Shown here in pieces: positions 1-9,794 of a stretch of DNA of 64,000 nucleotides. Under the pieces are notes generated by a model, which did no database searches, had not been told where the DNA came from, and was given only the letters and a program-made list of their open reading frames with translations. Within the stretch, counting starts at the first letter, position 1, and each line of letters opens with the position of its first letter. Origin of the DNA: Candidatus Magasanikiibacteriota bacterium (GTDB lineage Bacteria > Patescibacteriota > Patescibacteriia > Magasanikbacterales > GWA2-37-8); NCBI GenBank assembly GCA_943359595.1, contig CALRIA010000003.1, forward strand, positions 3,179 to 67,178, read 5' to 3'. A program made the position numbers and the translations under genes.

Positions 1-1
1 T

Positions 2-928
2 AACTACAAATTTTTTATAGCTATCGTAGCCATATTCATAGTTGGACTTTTTGTCTATTCAACAAAAAACATCGATAATAGCGGCTTAAAAATACCAGTA
101 AAAAATTCGCGTTTACAAGTAGTCACTTCTTTCTACCCCTTATATTTTTTTACCACTCAAATCGTATTGGATAAAGCCGCTGTATACAACATTACTCCCG
201 CTGGAGCCGAACCACATGATTATGAACCCACTACCAGAGATATAGCCAAAATTGAAGATAGCCAGTTGTTAGTTCTCAATGGTGGCAAATTGGAAGCTTG
301 GGGAGAAAATATACAAAATATCTTAAGTAAAAAAAATACAACCATTATAAATGTAGGAGAAACATTAATCAATCAAGATATTACTGAAAATGACAACCAG
401 ATGCGTGATCCACATATTTGGTTAGATCCAGTATTAGCTAAAAAAGAAGTAGAAATAATTGCGAAAAATATAAGTACCATCGATCCGACTAATTCTCAAT
501 TTTACAGCGATAATTCCAAGCTTTTAATTAATAAATTGGAAAATTTAAATAGCCAATTTAAAGCTGGACTAAACAACTGTCAAAAAAAAGATATAATTAC
601 TTCACATGCCGCTTTTGGATATCTAACACGTGAATACAATCTCAACCAAATCACGATTTCTGGTTTATCACCAGATGAAGAACCTTCACCAAAAAAATTG
701 GCCGAAATCACAAAATTAGCTAAAGAAAACCAAATAAACTATATATTTTTTGAAAGTTTAGTAAGCCCAAAATTAGCCAACACTATCGCTCAAGAAATTG
801 GTGCTAAAACTTTGGTGTTAAATCCAATCGAGGGATTAACCGACGAAGAAATCAAAAATGGAAAAAATTACTTTACCGAAATGCAAAATAATTTAACTAA
901 TCTTAAAATTGCTCTAGAATGTCTATAA
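2..928 (+). CDS. znuA: Zn/Mn ABC transporter substrate-binding protein (ZnuA/AdcA family), 5'-truncated by the window edge
   Basis: Frame is open from base 2 (hydrophobic N-terminus, VVTSFYPLYFF). Motifs EPHDYEP, DPHIWLDP and SHAAFGY are present. First gene of an ABC operon with a Fur-family regulator. Confidence 0.9.
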   Translation, partial: NYKFFIAIVAIFIVGLFVYSTKNIDNSGLKIPVKNSRLQVVTSFYPLYFFTTQIVLDKAAVYNITPAGAEPHDYEPTTRDIAKIEDSQLLVLNGGKLEAWGENIQNILSKKNTTIINVGETLINQDITENDNQMRDPHIWLDPVLAKKEVEIIAKNISTIDPTNSQFYSDNSKLLINKLENLNSQFKAGLNNCQKKDIITSHAAFGYLTREYNLNQITISGLSPDEEPSPKKLAEITKLAKENQINYIFFESLVSPKLANTIAQEIGAKTLVLNPIEGLTDEEIKNGKNYFTEMQNNLTNLKIALECL

Positions 929-1680
929 ATCACCAAAAAAATATTATTGAGGTAGAAAAAGTATCATTTTCCTATGGTAATGTTGAGGTATTAAAAGATA
1001 TCACTCTTGCTATACATCAGGGAGATTATATTAGTTTAATTGGCCCAAATGGTGGTGGTAAAACCACGCTATTAAAAATTATGCTTGGCCTCATTGAACC
1101 ACAGGCTGGTCAAATAAAATTATTTGGGGAGAAACTTCAAGATTTTAAGGACTGGTCAAAATTAGGATATGTACCACAAAAAGCCATTAATTTCGATCCA
1201 CTTTTCCCTGTTACGGTAAGAGAAGTGGTGGCTATGGGATGCTATGGAAAAAAAGGGTTGCTAAAATGGTTGAACAAAAAAGATCAAACAAATATAGATG
1301 ATGCACTGGCGCAGGTTGAAATGACCAAATATGCCGACAGATTGATTGGTAATTTATCCAGCGGTCAACAGCAACGTGTATTTATTGCTCGTGCCCTAGC
1401 TGGGAAACCAGAAGTAATCTTTTTGGATGAACCAACTGTCGGAGTAGATATCAAAACTCAAGAAGAATTTTATTCCTTGCTCACCCACCTAAATAGTGAC
1501 ATGAATATTACTCTAATCTTAATTTCGCATGATATCGACGTAGTCACCAATGAAGTTACCGAGCTAGCCTGTTTAAACCAAACTTTGGTCTACCACGGTG
1601 AACCAAAAAAATTTATGAAAGGCAACTACCTAGAAACTCTTTATGGCAAAAACGCCCGGTTTATCGATCATAATCACTAA
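919..1680 (+). CDS. znuC: Metal ABC transporter ATP-binding protein
   Basis: Walker A GPNGGGKTT, signature LSSGQQQR, Walker B IFLDEP, SHD H-loop. Confidence 0.92.
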   Translation: MSINHQKNIIEVEKVSFSYGNVEVLKDITLAIHQGDYISLIGPNGGGKTTLLKIMLGLIEPQAGQIKLFGEKLQDFKDWSKLGYVPQKAINFDPLFPVTVREVVAMGCYGKKGLLKWLNKKDQTNIDDALAQVEMTKYADRLIGNLSSGQQQRVFIARALAGKPEVIFLDEPTVGVDIKTQEEFYSLLTHLNSDMNITLILISHDIDVVTNEVTELACLNQTLVYHGEPKKFMKGNYLETLYGKNARFIDHNH

Positions 1681-1687
1681 GTAATAT

Positions 1688-2488
1688 ATGTTAGAAATTT
1701 TTCAATACGGTTTTATTGTGCGAGGATTGGAAGCAGGCATTTTAATTGGTTTAATCGCTCCATTAATCGGTATATTTTTAGTGTTACGACGATATTCTCT
1801 AATTGCTGACACCCTATCCCATGTATCTTTGGCGGGAGTAGCAGTTGGATTATTATTGAAAATAAATCCATTATGGACCGCTCTAGGTGCTTCAGCTTTA
1901 TCTTCAATTGCTATTGAACGCCTACGTACCAGTAAAAAAATTTACGGAGAAACTGCTCTCTCTATTTTTCTATCTGGAAGTTTAGCTCTAGCAATAGTAT
2001 TAATCGGATTAGCCCACGGCTTCAGTGTTGACCTATTTAGCTATTTATTTGGAAGTATCGTGACTGTAAAACAGATAGACGTCTATATTATTCTCGGACT
2101 AAGCGTCCTAATTGCTTTGTCAGTTTTTCTTTTTTATAAAGAATTAATTTATATCGCTTTTGACGAAGAAGCGTCCACCGTCAGTGGTCTACCAGTAAAG
2201 ATATTTAACACCTTGTTTGTTTTATTAGCGGCAATAGTGATCGCCATTTCTATACCTATAATTGGAATTTTATTAATCTCAGCATTATTAGTATTACCAA
2301 CTATTACTGCTTTACAATTAAAACAAAGTTTTACAAAGACATTGCTCTGGGCGGAAATAATTTCAGTATTTTCTATTATTACTGGAATAATCACTTCCTT
2401 TTATTTAAACATTTCCTCTGGTGGCACTATTGTGTTGATCATGTTAACTATTTTTGGAATAGTATTATCCATCTATGGAAAAAAATAA
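1688..2488 (+). CDS. znuB: Metal ABC transporter permease
   Basis: ABC-3 permease motifs DTLSHVSLAGVA and YLFGSI; multiple TM segments. Confidence 0.92.
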   Translation: MLEIFQYGFIVRGLEAGILIGLIAPLIGIFLVLRRYSLIADTLSHVSLAGVAVGLLLKINPLWTALGASALSSIAIERLRTSKKIYGETALSIFLSGSLALAIVLIGLAHGFSVDLFSYLFGSIVTVKQIDVYIILGLSVLIALSVFLFYKELIYIAFDEEASTVSGLPVKIFNTLFVLLAAIVIAISIPIIGILLISALLVLPTITALQLKQSFTKTLLWAEIISVFSIITGIITSFYLNISSGGTIVLIMLTIFGIVLSIYGKK

Positions 2489-2897
2489 ACAAAATAAAAT
2501 ATCGTCGATCAAAGAAAGGAACACCCCCATTCGCACTGCCCTACTAGAAATATTATCAAAGATTAAAAAACCTCTAACAACTCAAGAGTTACTATTAATC
2601 TTGGCAAAAAAAGAAATTAAAGCAAACAAAACTACTATATACAGACAGCTAGAATCACTAAAAGAAAATAACATGGTGAACGAAGTTCACTTCAACGACC
2701 GTAATACTCGCTATGAATTAAACAGCAAAGATACTCACCATCATCACCTCATCTGCAAAAAATGTAAAAAAATAGAAGATATTACTTTGTTAGAAGATTT
2801 GCAATATCAAGAAAAAATGATCTTGAAAAAAAGTAAATTTAAAGTCACACAACATTTTTTAGAATTTTTTGGACTTTGTAAAAATTGTCAAAAATAA
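2475..2897 (+). CDS. Fur-family transcriptional regulator, probably Zur
   Basis: TTIYRQL helix, HHHHLICKKC and FFGLCKNC motifs; ends the Zn-uptake operon. Confidence 0.88.
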   Translation: MEKNKQNKISSIKERNTPIRTALLEILSKIKKPLTTQELLLILAKKEIKANKTTIYRQLESLKENNMVNEVHFNDRNTRYELNSKDTHHHHLICKKCKKIEDITLLEDLQYQEKMILKKSKFKVTQHFLEFFGLCKNCQK

Positions 2898-3017
2898 CTA
2901 CAATAAAAAAATCACCGACCACTCTGCTCTACACCCAAATAAAAATTTAGATACAAAGCAGTTTGGTGGTCGATGACTCTTCCTCCTCCCTACCGTCCTT
3001 GTCCAGAACGAGAAATT

Positions 3018-3215
3018 TCAGACACGTTTCTGTCCACAACGTCCGCACACGACTTGGTGTGCCAGGTTTTGATGCCCGCACTCTAGCTTTGAAACTGACC
3101 GCATCGTCGACGTACGACAACGCCAAGTTTTCTTCTGTGAAAAATAGCCGAGTCGAATCATAGCAGCAAAGAACAGCAATACCGCCGCAATGAGCAATTC
3201 AATCTTCCAATTCAT
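3018..3215 (-). CDS. Small membrane-anchored protein with C-terminal zinc-ribbon-like motif (ORFan)
   Basis: SD GAGGTG just before the ATG, N-terminal TM helix, CGHQN...CGRCG motif. A sigma70-like promoter lies upstream (about 3354-3384) and a long hairpin downstream. Confidence 0.6.
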   Translation of the reverse strand: MNWKIELLIAAVLLFFAAMIRLGYFSQKKTWRCRTSTMRSVSKLECGHQNLAHQVVCGRCGQKRV

Positions 3216-3460
3216 GATTCACCTCTGGTTAGGGCGCACGCGCCAGTTATTCTCCCTTATCACACGGGAGAAAAATATTCCAATATATTTTAATTAGAAA
3301 ATTATTCTCCCAAATGACAACTATAAAAAGAGCAAAATCTTTAAAAGACCGTTTACTATAACATAATTATTAAAAAAAGTCAATATACAAGCAGTTTTAC
3401 CTTATTAATAACAACAAAGCAGCACCGCCAAACTCAATATGAGGAGATTCTGATGAATTA

Positions 3461-3494
3461 AGAAAAACAGGACGAAAGTCCTGTTTTTCTTTTT
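3461..3494. terminator. Intrinsic terminator downstream of tRNA-Gly
   Basis: AGAAAAACAGGAC-GAAA-GTCCTGTTTTTCT perfect hairpin. Confidence 0.75.
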
Positions 3495-3495
3495 G

Positions 3496-3567
3496 AGCGG
3501 GTGACGGGAGTCGAACCCGTGTTACCAGTTTGGAAAACTGGAATAATAGCCGTTATATGACACCCGC
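3496..3567 (-). tRNA. tRNA-Gly(TCC)
   Basis: Reverse complement GCGGGTGTCATATAACGG...CCAGT-TTTCCAA-ACTGG...GGTTCGACTCCCGTCACCCGCT folds as a cloverleaf with anticodon TCC. Confidence 0.95.
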
Positions 3568-3643
3568 AAATGAGTAGCAAAATGACAAAATTTATTTTGT
3601 CATTTCCTACGAATGCCGCGGGAGTACTTTAGTACACCCGCAA
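3560..3643. repeat. 10-bp direct repeat ACACCCGCAA (tRNA 5' end) flanking a two-hairpin segment
   Basis: Repeat copies at 3560-3569 and 3634-3643. Hairpins AAATGACAAAAT/ATTTTGTCATTT and GCGGGAGTAC/GTACACCCGC lie between or overlap them. Confidence 0.6.
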
Positions 3644-3771
3644 GGCAATAATCAACTGAATATGAGAATATATTACAAAATTATCAACAAAAAGTCAACC
3701 CCGAGTGTTGACTAAATTTTTAAAAAATTATAAAATAAATTGTATAAATTAAATACATATTAATTTTAAAT

Positions 3772-3960
3772 ATGCCAAATACATCTATCATAGATGGAGA
3801 AGAAAAAGAACCAACAGAAAGTTTGGAAGATCTACGCGATAATGAATACGAAGAAAGTCTTGATGAATATGGCGATGGCAACCAAGAAGCTGGCTGGCCA
3901 AACGCTAAAAAAGAAAAAAATACCGACCTAGAATCAGATGAAGAAGATGAAACAAACTAA
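3772..3960 (+). CDS. Small acidic hypothetical protein
   Basis: 62-aa D/E-rich ORF with an AT-rich leader and a TTGACT..TAAAAT promoter upstream. Confidence 0.55.
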   Translation: MPNTSIIDGEEKEPTESLEDLRDNEYEESLDEYGDGNQEAGWPNAKKEKNTDLESDEEDETN

Positions 3961-4517
3961 GCGCGGGCGCTATATTCTCCAGTTTCAGTATTGACCAATA
4001 TTTCTTCACCTTCTTTAATAAATATTGGCGCATGTACCAACAAGCCATTATCCAATTTTATTTCTTTAGTCACATTACCTGAAGCACTATCACCTCTTAC
4101 GGCTGGCGGTGCTTCCACCACTTTGTATTGAATTTTCTTTGGTAACTGAATATTCACCGGTCTTTCTTCATACAAACCAACAACTACCCCCAAACCATCT
4201 TTTAAAAATTTTGCATCATTACCCACCAAATCACCATCCATCTCAACCTGTTCATAGCTACTCATATCCATAAAAACATACTTATCGCCATTTTTATAGA
4301 GATACTGCATATTTTGAAACAGGACACTAACGATATCAATAGTTTCACTAGTTTTATAAGTAATTTCAATCACCTTACCATTAGCAAGACTTTTCATGCG
4401 AGTGCGCACAAATGCCGATCCTTTGCCAGGATTAATATGTTGAAATTCCACCACTACATACAAATCATTTTGATGTTTAATCACTACCCCTTTACGTACA
4501 TCAGATGTTGAAGCCAT
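3957..4517 (-). CDS. efp: Translation elongation factor P
   Basis: INPGKGSAFVRT loop with the modifiable Lys; C-terminal VNTETGEYSAR. Confidence 0.97.
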   Translation of the reverse strand: MASTSDVRKGVVIKHQNDLYVVVEFQHINPGKGSAFVRTRMKSLANGKVIEITYKTSETIDIVSVLFQNMQYLYKNGDKYVFMDMSSYEQVEMDGDLVGNDAKFLKDGLGVVVGLYEERPVNIQLPKKIQYKVVEAPPAVRGDSASGNVTKEIKLDNGLLVHAPIFIKEGEEILVNTETGEYSARA

Positions 4518-4527
4518 ATAAAAATTA

Positions 4528-5559
4528 TTAATTTATTTGATCAGCGACACTTTGAAAGATCACCTCGTTGATATCTCGTGCACCAGTAAACAATACTACC
4601 ATACGATCCACTCCCAAGGCAATACCTCCAGCTGACGAAATTCCAGAATCGAGTGCCGTAATCAAATCTTCGTCTACTGGCCAAATTTCTTTACCCAACT
4701 GTTCACGCAATGATCGATCTTTTTCTAAGTTAAATTTTTGCACTTTAGGATCAGTTAACTCTCCAAAACCATTAGCCAATTCTAAGCCTCCAATATACAA
4801 CTCCGCTCTCTGCGCATAACGATTATCGTTTTCACATAATTTAGACAATGAACACATCTGAGCAGGATAATCATAAATAAATATTGGACGATCAATCCCT
4901 AAACTTGTCTCAATTTTGTTTAAAAATAATTTGTAAAATAAATCCTCATAGCTATCCTTCATATCAACTGCAAAACCATTCTCTTGAACTAATTTTTTCA
5001 TCTGCTCTACCGACAAATAATCGTCTAAATTTACCTGTAAATATTTCTTCCACAAATCTTTAACAGAAATTCTATCCCAATCATTTAAATAATCAATCTG
5101 AAAAACACGATATTTTAATTTTTCTACATTTAGTTTTTTACCAATAAATTTAAATAAATTTTCGGCATCATCCATAAAATCCCAATACGTTCCAGGCGCA
5201 CGATACCACTCAATCATGGTAAATTCTGGATTATGTGTACCACCAAAACTTTCTACATTACGAAAACATTTACTTATTTCAAACACTCTCTGCCAACCGG
5301 CCGCCAACAATTTTTTTAAAGAATATTCTGGTGAAGTACGCAAATAAAATTTATGAGACACTTGATAAGGGTCAATAAAATCTACTGGTATTGGATTTAG
5401 ATAAGGCTCTTGCCCTGGCAAACGCAAAGCGATAGGTGTTTCTGCCTCCACAAAATCTTGTGACCAAAAAAAATTACGAATCAAATGTAAAATTTGCAAA
5501 CGTTCTTCATACACTTTTTTCAAACGCGGATTATTTTTTAGTTCATTAAAAGTAGACAT
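4528..5559 (-). CDS. epmA: EF-P lysine aminoacylase (EpmA/GenX/PoxA)
   Basis: LRTSPEYSLKKLLA, HNPEFTMIEWY, ELANGFGELTDP and GIALGVDR motifs; no anticodon-binding domain; adjacent to efp. Confidence 0.93.
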   Translation of the reverse strand: MSTFNELKNNPRLKKVYEERLQILHLIRNFFWSQDFVEAETPIALRLPGQEPYLNPIPVDFIDPYQVSHKFYLRTSPEYSLKKLLAAGWQRVFEISKCFRNVESFGGTHNPEFTMIEWYRAPGTYWDFMDDAENLFKFIGKKLNVEKLKYRVFQIDYLNDWDRISVKDLWKKYLQVNLDDYLSVEQMKKLVQENGFAVDMKDSYEDLFYKLFLNKIETSLGIDRPIFIYDYPAQMCSLSKLCENDNRYAQRAELYIGGLELANGFGELTDPKVQKFNLEKDRSLREQLGKEIWPVDEDLITALDSGISSAGGIALGVDRMVVLFTGARDINEVIFQSVADQIN

Positions 5560-5594
5560 AATAAAAACATCCCGACATAATCGGGATGGTTTTT

Positions 5595-5831
5595 TTATTT
5601 TGGAATGAAAGGCATCAAGCTAGCTTGACGGGCGCGTTTTATGGCGTTAGCCACATGACGCTGGTGTTTGGAACAAAGACCACTACGACGTTGTGGAGCA
5701 ATCTTCATATAAGAAGACACAAAACGACGTAAATTCATAACATCTTTGTAATCTATCGCAACTTTATTGTTGACACAATAGAAACAACTTTTAATTTCGG
5801 TTTTATGGTTAGTGTTACTAGTTACTGACAT
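5595..5831 (-). CDS. rpsR: 30S ribosomal protein S18 (Zn-binding form)
   Basis: CFYC...IDYKD...GLCSKHQR..AIKRAR; located in the rpsF-ssb-rpsR operon. Confidence 0.96.
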   Translation of the reverse strand: MSVTSNTNHKTEIKSCFYCVNNKVAIDYKDVMNLRRFVSSYMKIAPQRRSGLCSKHQRHVANAIKRARQASLMPFIPK

Positions 5832-5843
5832 AATTTATTTTTT

Positions 5844-6284
5844 TTAAAAAGGAATATCTTCAACTTTAATTTCTTCTTCAATGACTGGCTGAGGTTCATC
5901 AGATGATTCAACGTTTTGACTACTAGGTATAGAATCTGATGTTGCGCCACTACGAGCTGGGCCATCCAGCATGATCATATTATCGGCAATAATCTCAGTG
6001 CGATATCTTTTGACTCCATCTTGTCCAGTCCAATCGCGGGTCTTTAGACGACCTTCGACGTACATACGAGCACCTTTACGCAAATATTGCCCGGCAATAT
6101 CAGCTAATTTTGACCACATAACAATATTATGGAACTCTGACTCTTTTTGTTTCTGACCAGCTTGATCGGTCCAGGTTCTTCCAGTAGCAACAGTAATTGA
6201 AGCCACAGAACGACCTGCAGGAGTGCTACGCACTTCAGGATCACGAGTCAAACGACCAATTAGAGTAACACGATTTAAGTCCAT
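5844..6284 (-). CDS. ssb: Single-stranded DNA-binding protein
   Basis: LNRVTLIGRLTRDPE N-terminus; acidic DIPF tail. Confidence 0.97.
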   Translation of the reverse strand: MDLNRVTLIGRLTRDPEVRSTPAGRSVASITVATGRTWTDQAGQKQKESEFHNIVMWSKLADIAGQYLRKGARMYVEGRLKTRDWTGQDGVKRYRTEIIADNMIMLDGPARSGATSDSIPSSQNVESSDEPQPVIEEEIKVEDIPF

Positions 6285-6301
6285 ATATTTTCGTTTAATT
6301 A

Positions 6302-6775
6302 TTAAACGCCACTAATTATTTCTCCTGACAAAATTTCCTCCAATTTTTTATCGATATCTTGGATAGACACTTTTTTATCAACAGGTTTATCAGCTGGTTT
6401 TTCATTTTTTTCTGTTACAACAACTTCTTCATTATTCATATTTGCACCAGTTATCGTGGTAGTAAACGACATTTTAGAAGCTGGAGTATAGTTTGGATTA
6501 TAGACAGAGATAATAGCTCGCAACAAATCGCGCATTAATTCCAATTTTGTTTGTAATGCCTTTAATTCTTTGGTTTCAGCACCGAAAATAACGGTGTAAA
6601 AATATCCATAACGAATTTGTTTGATAGGATAAGCCAAACGCATTTTACCCATAGAAGCAATTTCTGCTTCAGTAGCATATTCTTTCACTGCAGAAAGAAT
6701 TTCATTGGAGCGATTTTCGGCTTCTTTTTCATCCAAAGTACCCGGCAAAACCAATAATAGTTCGTATTTCTTCAT
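6302..6775 (-). CDS. rpsF: 30S ribosomal protein S6
   Basis: MKKYELL, GKMRLAYPIK motifs; operon context. Confidence 0.95.
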   Translation of the reverse strand: MKKYELLLVLPGTLDEKEAENRSNEILSAVKEYATEAEIASMGKMRLAYPIKQIRYGYFYTVIFGAETKELKALQTKLELMRDLLRAIISVYNPNYTPASKMSFTTTITGANMNNEEVVVTEKNEKPADKPVDKKVSIQDIDKKLEEILSGEIISGV

Positions 6776-6956
6776 AATGTATTTTAAAATTCTAAGCCAA
6801 AATAGGCTTACTTACAATAAATTTTCTTTAGATACTTCGTAGATAGGCAAAAATATAATACCATAAATCCAAAAAAAGTCAATATCGACAGTTGCATTAG
6901 AAACTTAGAATAAATTGTGCTATAATTAAACGGCAAAAGATTAAAATATCTTATTT

Positions 6957-8678
6957 ATGCTTTCAGCCAAAACACTAAAATCCGTATTGAATAAGTTAGA
7001 CAAAAAAGTCGGCAACCGTCAGCTAACTGAGGCACAAGAAAAGGCTGAAAATACTCACAAAACACTTGAAGAAGTGTTAATTTCAGATGCTCTAGTGGAG
7101 GAAAGTGAATTATACCAAAAAGCGGCCCTAGTTTTGAATGTGCCATTAATTAATTTAAAAGGCAAAGAAATCAAAAAAGATATTTTGAACCTCATTCCTG
7201 GTCCAGTGGCTGGAACACATCAGGTCGTGGCCTTTGAAAAAGACAAAGATCAGCTAAAGTTAGCCATGACTGACCCAACCGATATCCAAACAATTGAATT
7301 CTTACGACGTAAAACCGGTTTAGAACCAGTTGTCTATATCACTACCCCAAGCGATCTAAAAGATGCCGTTCGACGCTATCATGCTGAGTTAAAAGATGAG
7401 TTTTTGGTTGTTAAACAAGAGTCTGGCGAAGGTGTTGCTCAAGGAGATCTCAAAAAAGCCGCCGAAGAACTACCTATTATTAACATTGTAAACAGTATTT
7501 TAGAACATGCGGTATACGAAAATGCTTCAGATATTCATATTGAACCAGAAGAAAAAGAAGTAGCAATCAGATATCGCATTGATGGTATTTTAAAAGCCAT
7601 TATGACTCTTCCAAAAAATGTTCAGAGTGGCATTACAGCTAGAATAAAAATTCTATCCAACCTAAAATTGGATGAACATATGGTTCCTCAAGACGGTCGT
7701 TTCAAAATTCAGATCCAAGATGAAAAATTAGCTTTTCGTGTATCAATTATACCAGTTTATGATGGAGAAAAAATTGTTATGCGCTTATTGCGTGAAGGCA
7801 CAAAATCGCTTACCTTAGAAGAACTAGGTTTTTTGGAAAGTGCCAAAAATAAGCTAGAATCAGCTATAAAAAAGCCACATGGGATGATATTGGTTACCGG
7901 ACCAACTGGTTCGGGAAAAACTACCACGCTATACTCGGTGTTGGGAATATTAAACCAACCAGGAGTAAATATCTCAACAGTAGAAGATCCTATCGAATAT
8001 CGCGTCAATGGGGTTAACCAGAGCCAAATCAACCCTAAGGTTGGGTTTACTTTTGCCAATGGCTTACGCTCTCTCTTGCGCCAAGATCCAAACATCATAA
8101 TGGTTGGGGAAATCCGTGACCAAGAAACTGCTGACATTTCTATCAATGCCGCCATGACTGGTCACTTGGTACTTTCTACCCTACATACCAACGATGCCCC
8201 AACGACCTTGCCGCGTCTCATAGACATGGGGATTCCACCATTTTTAGTAGCGTATACGGTAAACATAATTGTCGCTCAACGTTTGGTGCGTAAAATTTGT
8301 CCTTATTGTAAAAAAGAATTTATTTTAGAAGGAGCCGCTCTAGATGAATTGGCCAAGATGTTTGAGATCAAAAAATTATCTGAACTTTTCAAACAAAATA
8401 TCAAAGATTTCGATACCAAAATTAATTCTTTGTCATTTTATCAAGGTGCAGGTTGTATGCGTTGTGGTCAAACTGGCTACAAAGGACGTATGGGAATTTA
8501 TGAAGTAATGGAAATTGACGAAGGCATGGCCAAAAAAATCAATGAACGTGCGCCAGCTGATGAAATAAAGAAATATGCCAGAGAGCACGGCATGACAACC
8601 ATGTTGGAAGATGGATTGGTCAAAGCAAAACTTGGTGTTACATCTATCAATGAAATATTACGCGTCACCAAAGAATAA
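6957..8678 (+). CDS. pilB: Type IV pilus assembly ATPase PilB (GspE/PulE family)
   Basis: ASDIHIEP, GPTGSGKTTT, LRQDPNIIMVGEIRD, HTNDA motifs and two CxxC pairs. Confidence 0.93.
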   Translation: MLSAKTLKSVLNKLDKKVGNRQLTEAQEKAENTHKTLEEVLISDALVEESELYQKAALVLNVPLINLKGKEIKKDILNLIPGPVAGTHQVVAFEKDKDQLKLAMTDPTDIQTIEFLRRKTGLEPVVYITTPSDLKDAVRRYHAELKDEFLVVKQESGEGVAQGDLKKAAEELPIINIVNSILEHAVYENASDIHIEPEEKEVAIRYRIDGILKAIMTLPKNVQSGITARIKILSNLKLDEHMVPQDGRFKIQIQDEKLAFRVSIIPVYDGEKIVMRLLREGTKSLTLEELGFLESAKNKLESAIKKPHGMILVTGPTGSGKTTTLYSVLGILNQPGVNISTVEDPIEYRVNGVNQSQINPKVGFTFANGLRSLLRQDPNIIMVGEIRDQETADISINAAMTGHLVLSTLHTNDAPTTLPRLIDMGIPPFLVAYTVNIIVAQRLVRKICPYCKKEFILEGAALDELAKMFEIKKLSELFKQNIKDFDTKINSLSFYQGAGCMRCGQTGYKGRMGIYEVMEIDEGMAKKINERAPADEIKKYAREHGMTTMLEDGLVKAKLGVTSINEILRVTKE

Positions 8679-8682
8679 ATTT

Positions 8683-9792
8683 ATGGAGGAAAAAAGAAAT
8701 AAAATTCCATCACTACTCAAACAAAAACTAATACATTTTTTTAGCTTTTTTTTGAGTCATATTTCTTTTGTTCAAAAAATATTATTTGTATTTCATTTAC
8801 AAATAATGACTAAAGCCGGTTTATCAATAGTCGCCTCTTTAAAAATATTAAGCGAAGAACTAGAAAATAAACAATTTAAAATCATCATCAAAGAAATTAA
8901 AAGTGAAGTCGAAAAAGGCCGTCAACTAAGTGATGTATTAGCCGAATATCCAAAAGTTTTTCCGCCAATATATGTTACTATGATTGCTGCTGGCGAAGCT
9001 GCTGGTAAAATGGAGGAAGCTCTGACCCAAGTAGCAACTCAGATGAAAAAAAGTCATGAGCTATCTTCACATATTCGTGGTGCAATGATTTATCCAGCTG
9101 TCATACTAGTAGCCATTTTAGGAATATCGATTGAGATGGTCTTTTTTATTTTACCAAAAATTATGGTAATGTTTGAAGATTTTAAATCCGAGCTACCTTT
9201 GGCTACAAAAATTTTAATTACTACGGTAAAATTTACTCAAAATTACGGTATCTATTTATTAATTGGTATTATTTTTTCAATTATTTTATTTTTTTTGGCA
9301 CTCAAAAATATTACATTTAAAAAATCAGTTCATCATTTTACACTTAAACTTCCAATTTTTGGTAATATAATTAAAAAAATAAATCTAGCTCGCTTTACTT
9401 TAACTTTATCCTCCCTACTAGAAAGTACTATTCCAATCGTAGAAGCGGTAAAAATTACCGCTACTGTCCAAACTAACCTAATGTACCATGATAGTTTGAT
9501 GGAAGTCAGCGAAGCGCTCAAACGTGGCGATACTCTTTCCAAAATATTAATGAACTATCCAGAAATTTTTCCACCGATGGTTACTGAAATGATAATGGTG
9601 GGAGAAGAAGCTGGAAAGATGGACGATATGTTGAAAGAATTAGCCGAATATTATGGTAATGAAATTGACTCAACCATGAAAAATTTTTCTGTGATTATTG
9701 AACCGGTAATTATCGTAGTGCTAGGTTTGGTGGTTGCTGGTATTGCCGTGGCTGTAATTATGCCAATGTATTCTTTGGCTCAAAATTTCTAA
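8683..9792 (+). CDS. pilC: Type IV pilus platform protein PilC (GspF family)
   Basis: Two T2SSF repeats (AAGEAAGKME, MVGEEAGKMD), AMIYP, IEPVII. Start placed at ATG 8683, just after the pilB stop. Confidence 0.92.
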   Translation: MEEKRNKIPSLLKQKLIHFFSFFLSHISFVQKILFVFHLQIMTKAGLSIVASLKILSEELENKQFKIIIKEIKSEVEKGRQLSDVLAEYPKVFPPIYVTMIAAGEAAGKMEEALTQVATQMKKSHELSSHIRGAMIYPAVILVAILGISIEMVFFILPKIMVMFEDFKSELPLATKILITTVKFTQNYGIYLLIGIIFSIILFFLALKNITFKKSVHHFTLKLPIFGNIIKKINLARFTLTLSSLLESTIPIVEAVKITATVQTNLMYHDSLMEVSEALKRGDTLSKILMNYPEIFPPMVTEMIMVGEEAGKMDDMLKELAEYYGNEIDSTMKNFSVIIEPVIIVVLGLVVAGIAVAVIMPMYSLAQNF

Positions 9793-9794
9793 AT

